The notes under the pieces are model-generated. The model did not search any database. It saw only the letters and a program-made list of their open reading frames with translations, and had not been told where the DNA came from. A stretch of DNA of 21,507 nt, taken from Ginkgo biloba. Its lineage: Eukaryota; Plantae; Ginkgophyta. The stretch spans positions 37,280,310 through 37,301,816 of the forward strand of contig JANKJI020000004.1 in assembly GCA_024626585.2 (NCBI GenBank), in the 5' to 3' direction. The position numbers and the translations under genes were made by a program. The first letter of the stretch is position 1. Every line of letters begins with the position of its first letter. Shown in pieces: positions 1-12,025 of this stretch.

Positions 1-1563
1 AAATACATGATGTAAAAAATGCAAGCCCAAGGCATCCTTATAAGGACCCTCAAGGTGATTAAAATATAATGGGGTTCCATGAACATAAGGATTATGTACC
101 AATCATGAAATAATGCAATATTTTCCATGTAACTAAAGTCTATAATAGTCTAACTAAGGGACTTATCCATACAAGGAGCCCATGTGCACCAATAAGACTA
201 TTCCACATAATAGGAGAAATTAATGGTGGAAATAAATCCTATTAAATAATAAAAAAAAAGATATATAATCCTCAAAAGGTACTCCATTTAGTCATATCCC
301 TATAATTTTTATACATTCATGAGACCAAGTACTAAGGCTCAATGNNNNNNNNNNACGACACATCAACTATGATTAAAAAAGATCAAAACAAAATGAAGAA
401 TGAAATTTAATTAGGATAGAATTTTTTGAATTTTATGTTGAGATATTGATTTTCATTCCATCACAAGGGAGTTGTAAGTGAAAAATACTATTAAATAATT
501 TAAAGATGTTAAGGATACGATGGACGAATTAAATAGGTACATTTAATTTTAGATGGAATAAATTAATGGAGAAAATCATAACTAGGGTGTAAGAGTAAAT
601 ATTATTAGGCCAACATTGACTCTAACACATTTTCAAGAAAATACAAATCCAAATTGATCATAAATATGTAATCAATATCTAAGGATTTGATAATGTATAT
701 AAAATCATAATATTTTATGTGAGAATAAAATTATAAATAAAAATTTAAAGGAATATTTACCATAGGAATACTCTAAATTGAAATTAGAATGTTTTGAATT
801 TAGGAAGTAGTTTAGGATATAATAATATTATAAAATCATTGCAAATATATTTTGTTTACATAGGTGAGATTAAAGTGTAGCTTGAATAAATATTTGAAGT
901 ATGCATAAACTCTCGGTCTTTATCATAATAAATTTTGTAACAAAGTTTTAAGTACAATTAATGGATTAATGTTCCATCCAATATTACATGTATTGTGTTG
1001 CATATATTCTTCAATTTATTCTTCTATATGTTATTTATCATGTTAATGTTCTAGTTAATTGAATAGTTGTTATAATCTATGAATGCATTATAGTTGTGGT
1101 TGTGAAATAGTGTGATGGAGACATAGTTAACGAGATCATACATTAGACTTGAATTTTGACATTAATAAATAAGGAGAAAGCCTAAAGAATGTGGACTATA
1201 TCAATCCTTTTATAGAAAAGAGTATGGAGGTAAATGTGAATAGATAGAAAATTATATCTTTGCAAAATGATTTGAAATCTAAATATTAATTATAGGATAA
1301 TTACCCTATTATATAGATCGCCTTCATATGCATCTACTAATACAATGTATAAAAAAGTTTAATAATAGATTGATATGTTAACTTAGAAAAAGAAATGATT
1401 TATTTAGATGTAATAGTTTCGTATTATTATAGAAACTATGACCACTTAGACTATTTAATCAATGAATACTAAACTTGGTGCTATAGGGTTTTTGTTAGCG
1501 CTTGGAATGATGAAAGAAAATGCTTAGTTGGGAAATAGGGATTGTAATAAAACCATCAATTTT

Positions 1564-2660
1564 AAAAGGTTAGATGATTGGATCTAAGGCCTAGTATGGT
1601 ACGCAATGGTTCAATGGATTACATAAACTTAGCTTTACTAGATTTAATATGGTAAAGCATACATTATCTTGGTGGAAGTATCACTTGTGTTAGTTATCCA
1701 ATCAATCCATGAGTCATTACATAGAAATAATTAAATACCTTGTAAAAGAGAAAAATCTACCCCTTAGTCTATGTGAGAGTATTTGATAAGAACTTACAAC
1801 ATTTTAACTAAGATAATGGGATGATATTTTGACCTATATTACATAATATGGAAATTAAACTAGATATTTAAGAAGATGAAGACAAGATAAGTTTAATGTT
1901 ACGGAGTAACTTATATTAGGGTTCATCATATACTTGATCTCTTTAATATTAATAATTGATACAAGCCTTATAACTGTTCACTTGATAAAGGTAAGAATTT
2001 ANNNNNNNNNNNNNNNNNNNNNNNNNNNNNNNNNNNNNNNNNNNNNNNNNNNNNNNNNNNNNNNNNNNNNNNNNNNNNNNNNNNNNNNNNNNNNNNNNNN
2101 NNNNNNNNNNNNTTATTGAAAAATTAAGGAACATTTAAAATAAAATTATGGGTCAAATAATTCTAAAACTCTTCATATACATAAAGAGGAATTTAATGAG
2201 GATATTGAAATTGATTTTGTAGTCCATGGAGTAGATACAATATTGAAATTCATGATGGACCACACTCAACATAGGGTTAAGGAGGATCATAATATATTAT
2301 TCATACTAAAATTTAATTTAGGAACGAAGAAATATCATATTTTTTCTACAAAGGAATCNNNNNNNNNNNNNNNNNNNNNNNNNNNNNNNNNNNNNNNNNN
2401 NNNNNNNNNNNNNNNNNNNNNNNNNNNNNNNNNNNNNNNNNNNNNNTAAATATGGAGCATAATTTCATTGTAACTGAATAATGTAAGGTAATTTTTTAAT
2501 CATATCTTCTTTCATTAATTAAGTAGTGTATTTTATTTTAGAGTGCGCAAGTGTATTTATTAGTATCTTATACTATTATGATCAAGATTCGATCCATTAT
2601 AGAAGGAGTAATTATTATAGGATAAACAAAGGAAGGCCAAATTATCTCATCAAGTGTACA
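1564..2660 (+). mobile_element. Degenerate Ty3/gypsy LTR-retrotransposon gag-protease remnant
   Basis: Gag-like: KRLDDWI*GLVWYAMVQ (1564-), KLSFTRFNMVKHTLSWWK, MEIKLDI*EDE. Protease-like: HNILFILKFNLGTKKYHIF (just before an N run), then LECASVFISILYYYDQDSIHYRRSNYYRINKGRPNYLIK, which resembles the LDxCxVILGxPYLYDRDAIxYRRxNxY end of gypsy proteases. Stops and frameshifts are present. Confidence 0.55.
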
Positions 2661-4251
2661 CCAAAACCCCAAGGCATTAATACCCCTACTATACCAAGTA
2701 AAGGATTAAAAATTTATTTCTTTATAGATGGGAGAAAGAAGCTTGTCCTTGATATGAAGACACAATGTAAGTTACCTATTGGGAGAGATTCAACTATAAG
2801 TACTACATAAGAAGAAAAGTGCATTATTCTATTTGAGAGATATAAAGGGAGACCCTTTGAACATAATGTTAAAGGATATGATATAATATTGTTAAATCAT
2901 GTTATAGATAATTACATTTATATTAGGAAAAGACCAATTATTAAGCTAAAAAAGGGGTTAAAGATAATGGAGTCCAATGTGTTTAAGGGAAAAGGAATGA
3001 TTATGTTAAGACCTTATTATAAAGGAAATTAAATGGTGTCAAATGATAAATTTGATCATAGAATAGGTTTTAGGATCCATAAATACTCTTAATGCTTAAA
3101 TTTTAGCCCAAATGGAGGTCACATACAAATATGCAACTAGTCATAAAATGTATGTAGTTCATGGAAAATCCTAGTGGCTATATATAGCGATTTGTTTTTT
3201 TTTTTACCAAAATTATATTTTCCAATAGTCAAAATTCCTTTAAATATTTGCCCAATTTTTTCAATTTTAATGAAAATTNNNNNNNNNNNNNNNNNNNNNN
3301 NNNNNNNNNNNNNNNNNNNNNNNNNNNNNNNNNNNNNNNNNNNNNNNNNNNNNNNNNNNNNNNNNNNNNNNNNNNNNNCCCACATCCTAAAACAATCTCT
3401 CTCTCTCTTCATATTTTTTTTATCTCTGAGTTTGCATGTTAGATTTAGAAGAAATTGTTTACTTATTTCTCAGTTCTACTTGTTCTAGATCCAGGTGCAT
3501 TCATCTAGTGATGATTCAATACACTTATGTAGAGAAAACATGTACTCTTTGGACTTGAGTTGGATAATAAACCATTGTGCAATTATCAAACATCAATTTT
3601 TATATTTCATCTAAATCTATAGGTATAACATATCCTTATACCAATTTTGATCAAGACTTCTCCCTCTAACGGAAAGTATTTTACTAACATAAGTCATTGA
3701 TAGATAAAACCAATGGGATTAACTATATCAATGAGTCACCAAAGGTTAACTTGATGGAGTTAGCCATAACTTAGGGTAATCATAATAAGTTCAAAATGAT
3801 TATATATGTGTAATTATTATTGATATCTTTATGACACATATTGGCTATCTACAAGTTGATTATTATTACCTAATATTACACATCTTTAAAATATTTTATT
3901 TACACTTAATATCATTAATAAATAAGCAATGCTTTATTATCATCCAATCATGCCAAATTTTCCTAAGGGTTATTAAGTACAATTATTTATATCAATGAAT
4001 CAAGTTCATAGGAAAATGACACATGTAAAAGATATAAGTGGAATTAAGTGAAAATGAAGGAATCCACTTTAATATCCTATTAAGAAAATTTCCTACTATA
4101 AAGGTGATTATGACTAGAAAATGTATTTTTTCCTCTTCATTTCTTTGCATAATATCATGAATACTTGACGTCAATATATTTATTAATTGAAAATTCTCGA
4201 TGAAACCATAAACTTATTGAATTGCTAGTTGTCAACTACCATTGAAGTGTT

Positions 4252-4279
4252 GAAAAGAAAAGAAAAGAAAGGAAAAGAA
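4252..4279. repeat. (GAAAA)n microsatellite
   Basis: The run gaaaagaaaagaaaagaaaggaaaagaa is seen directly. Confidence 0.8.
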
Positions 4280-4816
4280 TGAAATAACTTAAAGGTATTT
4301 AACTTTTAAAAATAAGAACCAACTATTGTATTATAATTAGAGTTTGACAAATTTTATCTCATAAAGTACCAAAGATTTATACTTTCCTGAAACAAGATAA
4401 CAATGTATGGTTGGATGTGAGTTAAATATATACAAATATCATACACTTGTAGGAATGTCTAGATAAAGATAAGAATGTACTTTATAAAATGCTCTCTTAA
4501 TGTAAGGTTGATGTAAGGAATAAAATGCACAATTTTGAGTTACCTTGAGTTAATATTTATTATTTTATTATGATTTTAGACCTCACAACTATAAACTTTA
4601 CTAATGTACTTTTTTGCGATATGCATTAGAGCATGATTTTAATAGTTAAAATTTTATACTTATAGCCCTTTGGAGCAATATCATAGATCACATTGTCNNN
4701 NNNNNNNNNNNNNNNNNNNNNNNNNNNNNNNNNNNNNNNNNNNNNNNNNNNNNNNNNNNNNNNNNNNNNNNNNNNNNNNNNNNNNNNNNNNNNNNNNAGT
4801 TTCTCTGAAATTCACT

Positions 4817-4868
4817 GTGTGTGATTCTTTATGTGAGATCTAATGAGTGTGTGATTCTCTGTGTGAGA
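4817..4868. repeat. Direct repeat with a 30-bp period (GTGTGTGATTCTYTRTGTGAGA x2)
   Basis: Copies at 4817-4838 and 4847-4868 match at 20/22 positions, with degenerate copies nearby. It lies just after the N run 4698-4797. Confidence 0.7.
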
Positions 4869-7079
4869 ATTTTTTATGTGAATGTGTATGTAAGGTTTTG
4901 TGTGAGCCTATAACACCAAAAGTACCATATGACTATTGTTATCTGTAGGTAGCTTACACCCCCCCAAAAAATGGGTTAAGTTGAGGTGTTCTCTCTATGT
5001 GAGTTTTCAGTTTTGTCCATCCATTATGTGTCAGGTGAAGAAGATACCAAGGAAGATGAGATCCTTAATACTAAGGAAGTAGTTGTTGAGAAGAGAACCA
5101 TAGGCTATTATTGAAAAAAATGCATTGTGAGAAGAGACAAGCAAGAAGGTGTATATTGAAGAAACAAACAACAATGAATATCTTATATGGCAGAAGCTTT
5201 ACTAGATTATGCGACTCCTGAACTAGAATGACTTGTTGAAGCTGCCGTTGCAAAGAAGAAAAAGAATGAAAAAATGAAAAAGAGAGAGCAACACCAACTG
5301 TGGAGGAAAGGAAATCAACAACATGAGCGATTTCCAATGACTCCCAACATAGAATGCAGTCGTGAGGAAATCCTTGTTGAGAAGAAGTCGTTGTCGTCTA
5401 CAAACAAAGGAGGTTTTGTTAGAGAGAGCGACTAAAGTTGCAGAGATGCCTTGGATAGATCAAGTTGCGAAAGATGTGAGACACAATGTTGAACAAACAA
5501 AGAAAAACACATCGCCACTCATAAGGCATTCCATATACATAATGATAAGTTTGCTATTATAAAATGGAGTGCATCTACAAAACTTACATAAAACTAAAGT
5601 TAACAAATTCTTTTTTAGTTGATATAGATTTTAAATAAGTTGAGTGGTGGCTAAATTAAAGAATGTATATCCATATGAATAAAATAAAAACATAACATAT
5701 CATATCATTAAGCATAATGATATTATGGTCAAAGAGGAAAAGTCTAATCATAGTCTTATGATGGGAGACACAAAAGAAGGTAGTAAACTTAGAAATTATA
5801 CCTATGTTTCATATTGGAGACTATAAATAAAGGTGTAAATCACACCTTGTTCATTTCTAAAAGTTGTCTTAGTAGTTCTTCTAAAAATAGATTAAGCATT
5901 TCTCAAGAATCCTTTAAAAGGTCTAGTGTAATGGAGTAACCTGTGCAAACAATAAAAATAAAAAAATATTCAATTTAGCTTATCATGGCGTTGTCTCCAA
6001 TATTTTCTCAAAGATACATTATTTAGCAATTTATTTATTATTTCTATATTGACTAGGGAAAAGTACTAAACATTCTCCATTAAGTTTTTTCTACCTTTAG
6101 TTCTCACTATGATATGATTTATCATTCACCCTTTCTACACGTCGACTTAGTGATTTTACTCCAATACTTTCAATTTAAGAAAGAACCTCTATTGATTTGC
6201 ATATAGACTAAGACATTTCTCGTATTCATCAAGGTTTTATCACTTGATTAAGCGAAAGATTAGAATGTTGAAGGAGGAATAGTTAAGCATTAGATACTAA
6301 TGGAAAGAAAACCAAAGTTTAAGATTAATCAAATCTAGAATCTAAAAATCCACATAAGTAAAATTTGAAGTGGTAAGATCTATAATTTGATGCTTATGTT
6401 ATCTATAGCATATTACATACATGTCAATATCCATCATCTCATTCCATTACCGTATTTATTAAAGAATACAGAGACAGATTAATTGCAACTTTGTTATAGT
6501 CTTCAAACAAATATGGGAACATGTAAATATGTTATAAGTGTCTCGTGAACTTATTTATTAGTTAGACCAAAACCTTTTGAAGAAGCATGCAGGTCTAGAG
6601 GATGCATCACACCANNNNNNNNNNNNNNNNNNNNNNNNNNNNNNNNNNNNNNNNNNNNNNNNNTGAGTTGTCAGATGTGTCGGTTGCATTGAAAACATAA
6701 AATAGTACAACAAAAGCATTTATTATGTGAACTATCATCCAACTCTTCAAGACAGAGTCAGAAAGCATATTTATTATATGCTAAAGCCTATGAAACCATA
6801 TATGATGAAAATTATTTATTTCTTATAAACAACAAGTACAATGAGATCATGTAAAATTGAGCATGCATGAATGAATGTTCCATCAATAATGTGAATGGCT
6901 TGTCAAGCAAGGAATTTTGTTTCTCTTATTTCTTAGTGAAATATTCATCTTACATGGAAATTGTCAAGCTTTAGGATTCTTTTTTTTTCCATAAAATACT
7001 TTTTGCATATAGTAGTCCACTTCTCTTCTAGATATTAATATAAATTAGACTTACCAATCCCGTTTATAAGTTCTAAGCA

Positions 7080-7495
7080 TATAGACTTGGCAAGTACCAT
7101 GGATCCTAGCTTAGCTCTAACATAGCTCTTTGTCAACTTCTAGGAGGATTTTGTAAAGATAGTGGATCATATAAGTAAGCAACCTTATTAAATATGTTTG
7201 TCTTCAAATTAAAAGAAGAAAAGTATAGAAATTTTACATATTACATTGACAATGAAATGCCCATTTTATTTGCATACCAAAACAAAGGCAAAGAAGAATT
7301 AAAAAGAAATGATGAAATACAACTACTTAAACAAGATTTATTACTTGGTCTATTGATGACTTCACAAGAAGTTTAAGAGTTTCCAAATTGATGTGAAGCA
7401 CTATCCATAACCTAAGAAACACCCAAAATGTATAATTGATTGAAGCAACATCATGCTTCTTACTCTCTATCTTAAACTCATGATAGAAGAACCTA
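7080..7495 (+). mobile_element. Possible very decayed hAT transposase C-terminal remnant
   Basis: Weak motifs only: LASTMDPSL (cf. A..LDPRF) and N*LKQHHASY / YLKLM (cf. WWK....YP.L..MA of the hAT dimerisation domain). Confidence 0.2.
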
Positions 7496-8569
7496 ACAAG
7501 TTTTATCTTATCATCGCCTATTATTAGAATGAAATGGGTACATGTTAATTTTTTTTTTTCTTTCTTTGTGACTTGTTAGAACATCAACAAAAAAATGATT
7601 GGTGTTATGTGAAATGATCAAAGAAAATTTTATTATTGAAGGGAAAGTTAAAATATTAATGTATTTTAAAGGTTTTCTTATAGTTCTTAACAAAATTGAT
7701 ATCTGAATCACACACATTTAAATAAAGTCAAGTTTTTTCAAGACTTGTACATGTCACAGAAATATGAAAAACAACAAAAGCAATTCATCTTCTAAAACAA
7801 CTTGTTACTTTCAAATTGTTTTCCCACTTGGATATCAGAGTGACAAACATGGGTCTTGCATGGCAAGAATTTGCATTTGTTCATGTTGTTTAATGTATTA
7901 TTTTTAGTTAATGTTAAAACTAGGGGAATTGACACCCTCTTCTAAATTGACCAATCAATGCCTATAGGTTTTGCCTATAAACATTTGTATCTTTTCTTTC
8001 TATTATATAACCATCTTTTTTATATTCTTTTCTACATTTCTTATGTGATTTACTTAATATATAACTAGCAACTTCCTCATATTAACATAGGGCTTCAATT
8101 TTTATTTGGTCCTTCTAGAAGGATTTGAAGAGCTTAACTAAACTATATGATCTCATTAAAATATTAAAGAAGGTGGTAATACCAATGCTAAGCTCCTAGA
8201 AAATAATTGAAATTACTCATTGAGGTAGTAGAATACCAGTGACCAAGAGTTCACACNNNNNNNNNNNNNNNNNNNNNNNNNNNNNNNNNNNNNNNNNNNN
8301 NNNNNNNNNNNNNNNNNNNNNNNNNNNNNNNNNNNNNNNNNNNNNNNNNNNNNNNNTATAATTTATAAAAAAACTATAAATCTCCCTAGGAACTTACTTT
8401 GGAGTGGCTCTTCAAACTTGAAATCATTTTTCAAGATTAAATGGGCCATTTATTATGCTAATCAGGAGGGAAATAGTCTTGGGATCATAGTCATCAAATC
8501 TCAAGGAGTATCTTTTGCATGTGAATGGATAATTTAGGTCCTAGGTAGGGACAATATAGGATAGGTTCT

Positions 8570-8710
8570 ATTTCATTTTAAAATTTTAAAAGGCCTTCCT
8601 TATATTCTCTATTCATAGGAATGATTAGAAGTAGGCTATATCTTGACATCAATGGTTAAATTTAAAATAAAGGCCTCAATCTTTTTTAAACAAGTCTAGA
8701 GGATATGGGA
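8570..8710 (-). mobile_element. Possible LINE endonuclease C-terminal remnant
   Basis: TSNHSYE*RI*GRPFKILK* loosely resembles the SDH.P...RPFKF...W end of plant L1 endonucleases. Weak evidence. Confidence 0.2.
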
Positions 8711-10731
8711 AAAAGTTTGTTGATTCCTTAAGTAGTAAGGATAGGATCACAAGTTTAAGGTCTTTCATCTTTGAGGACTTTTATTTGCCATAATGAAATG
8801 ATAATGTATAATTATAAATTCCTTTAGATGTAACTTTTTCAACAAAAGTTAGATAATTATTTAAGGATGGTATCATAGTAATAAATAATTTATTTGTCAT
8901 AGTGAATTTGTGTCATTGGCTAGAGTTTAAGAATCAATGGGGATTTCTAAATTCTCATTTAGATATTTAAATGATAAAATTATTATGGTCATTCCNNNNN
9001 NNNNNTTTGATGCGAGGTGTTTATTGAAAGAAATGATCTCTTCTAGATGGATCGTGTTAAGGTGCCATCTTGAGGGGGGTCACTTAGTTAAAAAATATTA
9101 AGGTACTAACCTAATACTGGACACTTCCTTTAGTCATTTTAATGTTTGGGATCTTTCCTCATTACTCAAATCTTATATAGATTTAGAAAAAAGGTGTACT
9201 CACATTTAGAAGTATTTTGAAGAAATCACATGAACCTATAAGAAGAATACAAGTAAAGCAAATAATGAGACAATTTGACCTAGAAATCCCTCTAGAGAGT
9301 CTGATCTTCTTGTCATATGATTGGCCACGTTCAATCCAAAACTTGTATTTGCACTTGCCAAGCATTAGAAAACCATATTGAATTGGTGGTGTTGGGTCCT
9401 TTAATTGAGCCTCTCACTAGTGGTAGCATTCAATTTCCTATCGCTATTAATATTGTCCACATATTCTCGATCCAACAATTAAACTCGATCTTGCATCACT
9501 AGAGTTCTTCGAGAATGGAAGGTCGGTAAAACCCTACACTATGACCATAGTGCAAGTGTGGTGAGAGTGGAGAGAATATTGTTTGTCCCCCACCCCACAA
9601 CCCAATGTGACCTAACCATATGACCAAGTATTACCAAGGAAACTCTAACTACCTAGTAGCGTGGTGACTATAGAGTAAGATAAGATTATGTGGAATCACC
9701 TTAACATTAGTTGTAATTAGGGCTCGATCACACTACAAATTGGGCATTACGCTGTTATTCGCCTTCTCGTCTTTTAATGGCATGTGACTCCTTTGGTAAA
9801 ATAGGATTTGAATGAGAGCTAACTACACTCCATGTAATGAGATCAAATCATAGGTGAAGAACTCCGTTGAAGTGCGGAGGAGAATCCAATGTTCCTTCCT
9901 GCATGTACTTTGGCCTACATGAAATTGTTATTAATTGCATCTCACTTCATCAAGTTTTTCTCATCCAACATGCTACCCAACCATATCAGGGCGGGGGCCA
10001 CTAATATATCTGTGATCTTATGAAATGAGAAAGTATAGATTAATATATTCATGCACAGTTGATTTCACTGAAAAATCAGAGCAGAAGATCATGATTACCC
10101 ACAAGTCCCTGATTTGGAAAACAAATATGTATTAGATGGTTAGACGTTTGTATGTTTGATTCATCTATAAAATTGAATCTTGCATGAATACTTTAGTTAC
10201 TTTTATGGGCGTTTCATGCCCTTGATGATTGAAACTTCTCATATAGAAAGTGACCCAGTCTGTGAACTGTTATGGTATGTTTGTGATGGTGAGGAATTTG
10301 CCACAATTCCATTGTATAAAGACAACAATCAGACAATTTATATATTTTTTTCAATTACAAGCAGTATAAGACAATTTAGTGTTATTGAATATAGTAACCA
10401 GACATCCTCCTGATCAGTTCGATCAGGCTTCAGCTACATAAATTACATACAATATGTAGAGTATTCCAAACAAACAGGCAACCTGCTGAATATTAGTTTT
10501 AAGGATCATCCAAAAGCCTCATATCAGCAAAATTTTACAGGCATAAATAAAAAAGCATTATGCAATCTACATTTTACTCATCTAAATGCAGTCTGATTAG
10601 ACATTAAATAATCAGAACTACAAGAGAGGATTCTGCTTCTGGGACAGCTATATCATTTACACCATATATTTTATAGTAGCAGAGTGGCTGCAGCGCTGCA
10701 AAATTGAAATTGCTCTCTGAAATTTGAATTA

Positions 10732-11959
10732 TTACAGAACATAAATCCAAGCTATACGTTGTGAGCAAACTTGGAATTGAAGAGGCAGACCTAAGTGGAG
10801 ATCCAAACATTTATCTTCATTCCCTGCTGAAGATTGATGGATTTTTAGGTTGCAAGATGGTGCAGTTTGGTCCTTGAAGTCAATAGAGTTGGCGGTGTGA
10901 GGCTCTGGTAGGGATTGATTAGGTACCAAATGATCCCATTCGGATGTAGCCTTTGGGTGAATCAAGTTACTTACTTGCCTCTGGGCCAAAGATGTTGAGA
11001 AATGGAGATCTGCTGACCCAATCGGAGGGTTCAAAGGATATGTAATGTTTGGAGACATAGAGGGCACAATATTGGGGAAGCCAATCTGAACACAGTGGGG
11101 ATTATAAAACCATGGATTTGGTCCAATCTGACCAGCATGATCTCTTCCAAATCCAGACTGCTGGTAACCCAAAACATTTGGGAAGGTGGGACTCATAGAT
11201 TGCATGATAGTAAGTCTAGGAGTGGTCGAAAAGCCATGCATTGTAGTATAATTAAGGTTATATGATCTGTTGGAAATAGAAGCAAGTCTGTTTGCCTGAA
11301 TCTGTGCTCTTTTGGCCTGCTGTCTCTCCTTTTTGTGGGCATTTTGATGGCCACCAAGAGCCTGAGAGTTTGCAAACTCCCTGAAGCAGTATTGGCATTC
11401 ATACTTTCTTGTCTCAGAAGCTGCTGTTCCAGAGGAATTGCTAGCAGATGTTTCTGCAGGAGGATCATACTATTGAATCCCCAATAACATTATTTCCTTC
11501 ATGATCATCCACAGATGCTGTCAAGACTTCATTTGCAACCACTAGCCTATTCCAACTCCCATCAGAAACACTCCCATCTGCAGAACCAGAGACCTGCAGG
11601 GGGGGTTGCACTGTTTGCTTCAACTCAAACCCAAACAGTTTCAGAGGTCTCTCAGAGCTATTATTACAGTTAACCTCTGTGGACCCAAGCTCATCCGTTA
11701 GCCCTTCACTTCCCTGATCCTTGCTGTAATTATCTCTTTGCTCATAATCTTGGGCCAAGCCCATGTCATGAATCTGCAATTTATAATTACCCACCTCCAG
11801 ATCCAATTCTTCATCTCTTTGTCTCTTTGAGAGCAAGGATTTCTGATTCATACCAGATGATTTAACACTAATTCTACTCTCATTTGCCTCCTCCTGCAAT
11901 ATAGACAAATTGAGGCAGGAATCACCAATTTCTATGGGATCTGCAATCATCATCTTCAT
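10732..11959 (-). CDS. Plant C2H2 (QALGGH) single zinc-finger transcriptional repressor, GIS3/ZFP6-like, interrupted by a +1 frameshift at about 11465-11472 (possible pseudogene or assembly indel)
   Basis: Frame A runs from ATG 11959 (MKMMIADP...) through LKLFGFEL (11644-11621) to TGA 11467-11465. The +1 frame is open 11469->10732 (245 aa) and reads [61 protein letters not shown]..., continuing into the supplied 169-aa ORF and ending ...KCLDLHLGL...*. Removing one base gives a protein of about 408 aa with the canonical KLFG / C2H2 finger / EAR order. The finger closely matches the [30 protein letters not shown] signature of Arabidopsis GIS3/ZFP6 (from recall; orthology not established). Confidence 0.9.
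10786..10806 (-). other. EAR repression motif (LDLHLGL, LxLxL type)
   Basis: TTG GAT CTC CAC TTA GGT CTG lies near the end of the zinc-finger frame. This is a typical C-terminal TOPLESS-recruiting motif of single-finger ZFPs. Confidence 0.85.
11335..11397 (-). other. C2H2 zinc-finger domain C-X2-C-X12-H-X3-H with the plant QALGGH motif
   Basis: Manual translation gives [21 protein letters not shown], with QALGGH at 11364-11347. All four zinc ligands are intact. Confidence 0.97.
11621..11644 (-). other. R/KLFG-type repression-motif-like segment (LKLFGFEL)
   Basis: Present in the 170-aa ORF. KLFGF-like motifs precede the finger in GIS/ZFP-type proteins, which ties the upstream frame to the finger frame. 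Confidence 0.75.
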
Positions 11960-11991
11960 TTGGGACAAATACTGCAAAACCCATCAACCAT
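11956..11991 (-). promoter_or_regulatory. Candidate uORF ([11 protein letters not shown]) whose stop overlaps the ZFP start codon (ATGA)
   Basis: ATG at 11991-11989 and TGA at 11958-11956, overlapping ATG 11959-11957. Whether it lies in the mature mRNA is unknown. Confidence 0.3.
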
Positions 11992-12011
11992 TTCTTCTCT
12001 AATCAATACTC

Positions 12012-12025
12012 ATATATATATATAT
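12012..12025. repeat. (AT)7 microsatellite / possible TATA element about 55-65 bp upstream of the ZFP ATG
   Basis: The run atatatatatatat is seen directly. The TATA role is inferred from position only. Confidence 0.6.

Noticed and set aside
4817-4868. CRISPR-like repeat-spacer pattern
   Set aside because: There are only two imperfect copies with an 8-bp spacer in eukaryotic DNA, which is an ordinary tandem repeat.
7829-7841. PBS-like TGGATATCAGAGT
   Set aside because: It needs an insertion to match the consensus, and no LTR or gag could be recognised next to it.
11193-11468. 91-aa [12 protein letters not shown]... as an independent gene
   Set aside because: It is the alternate frame over the zinc-finger coding sequence and has no recognisable motif.
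11599-11605. C7 homopolymer (minus strand) as the site of the ZFP frameshift
   Set aside because: Shortening it by one base leads to a TAG about 18 codons later (…GGA ATA GGC TAG), so it cannot connect to the finger frame.
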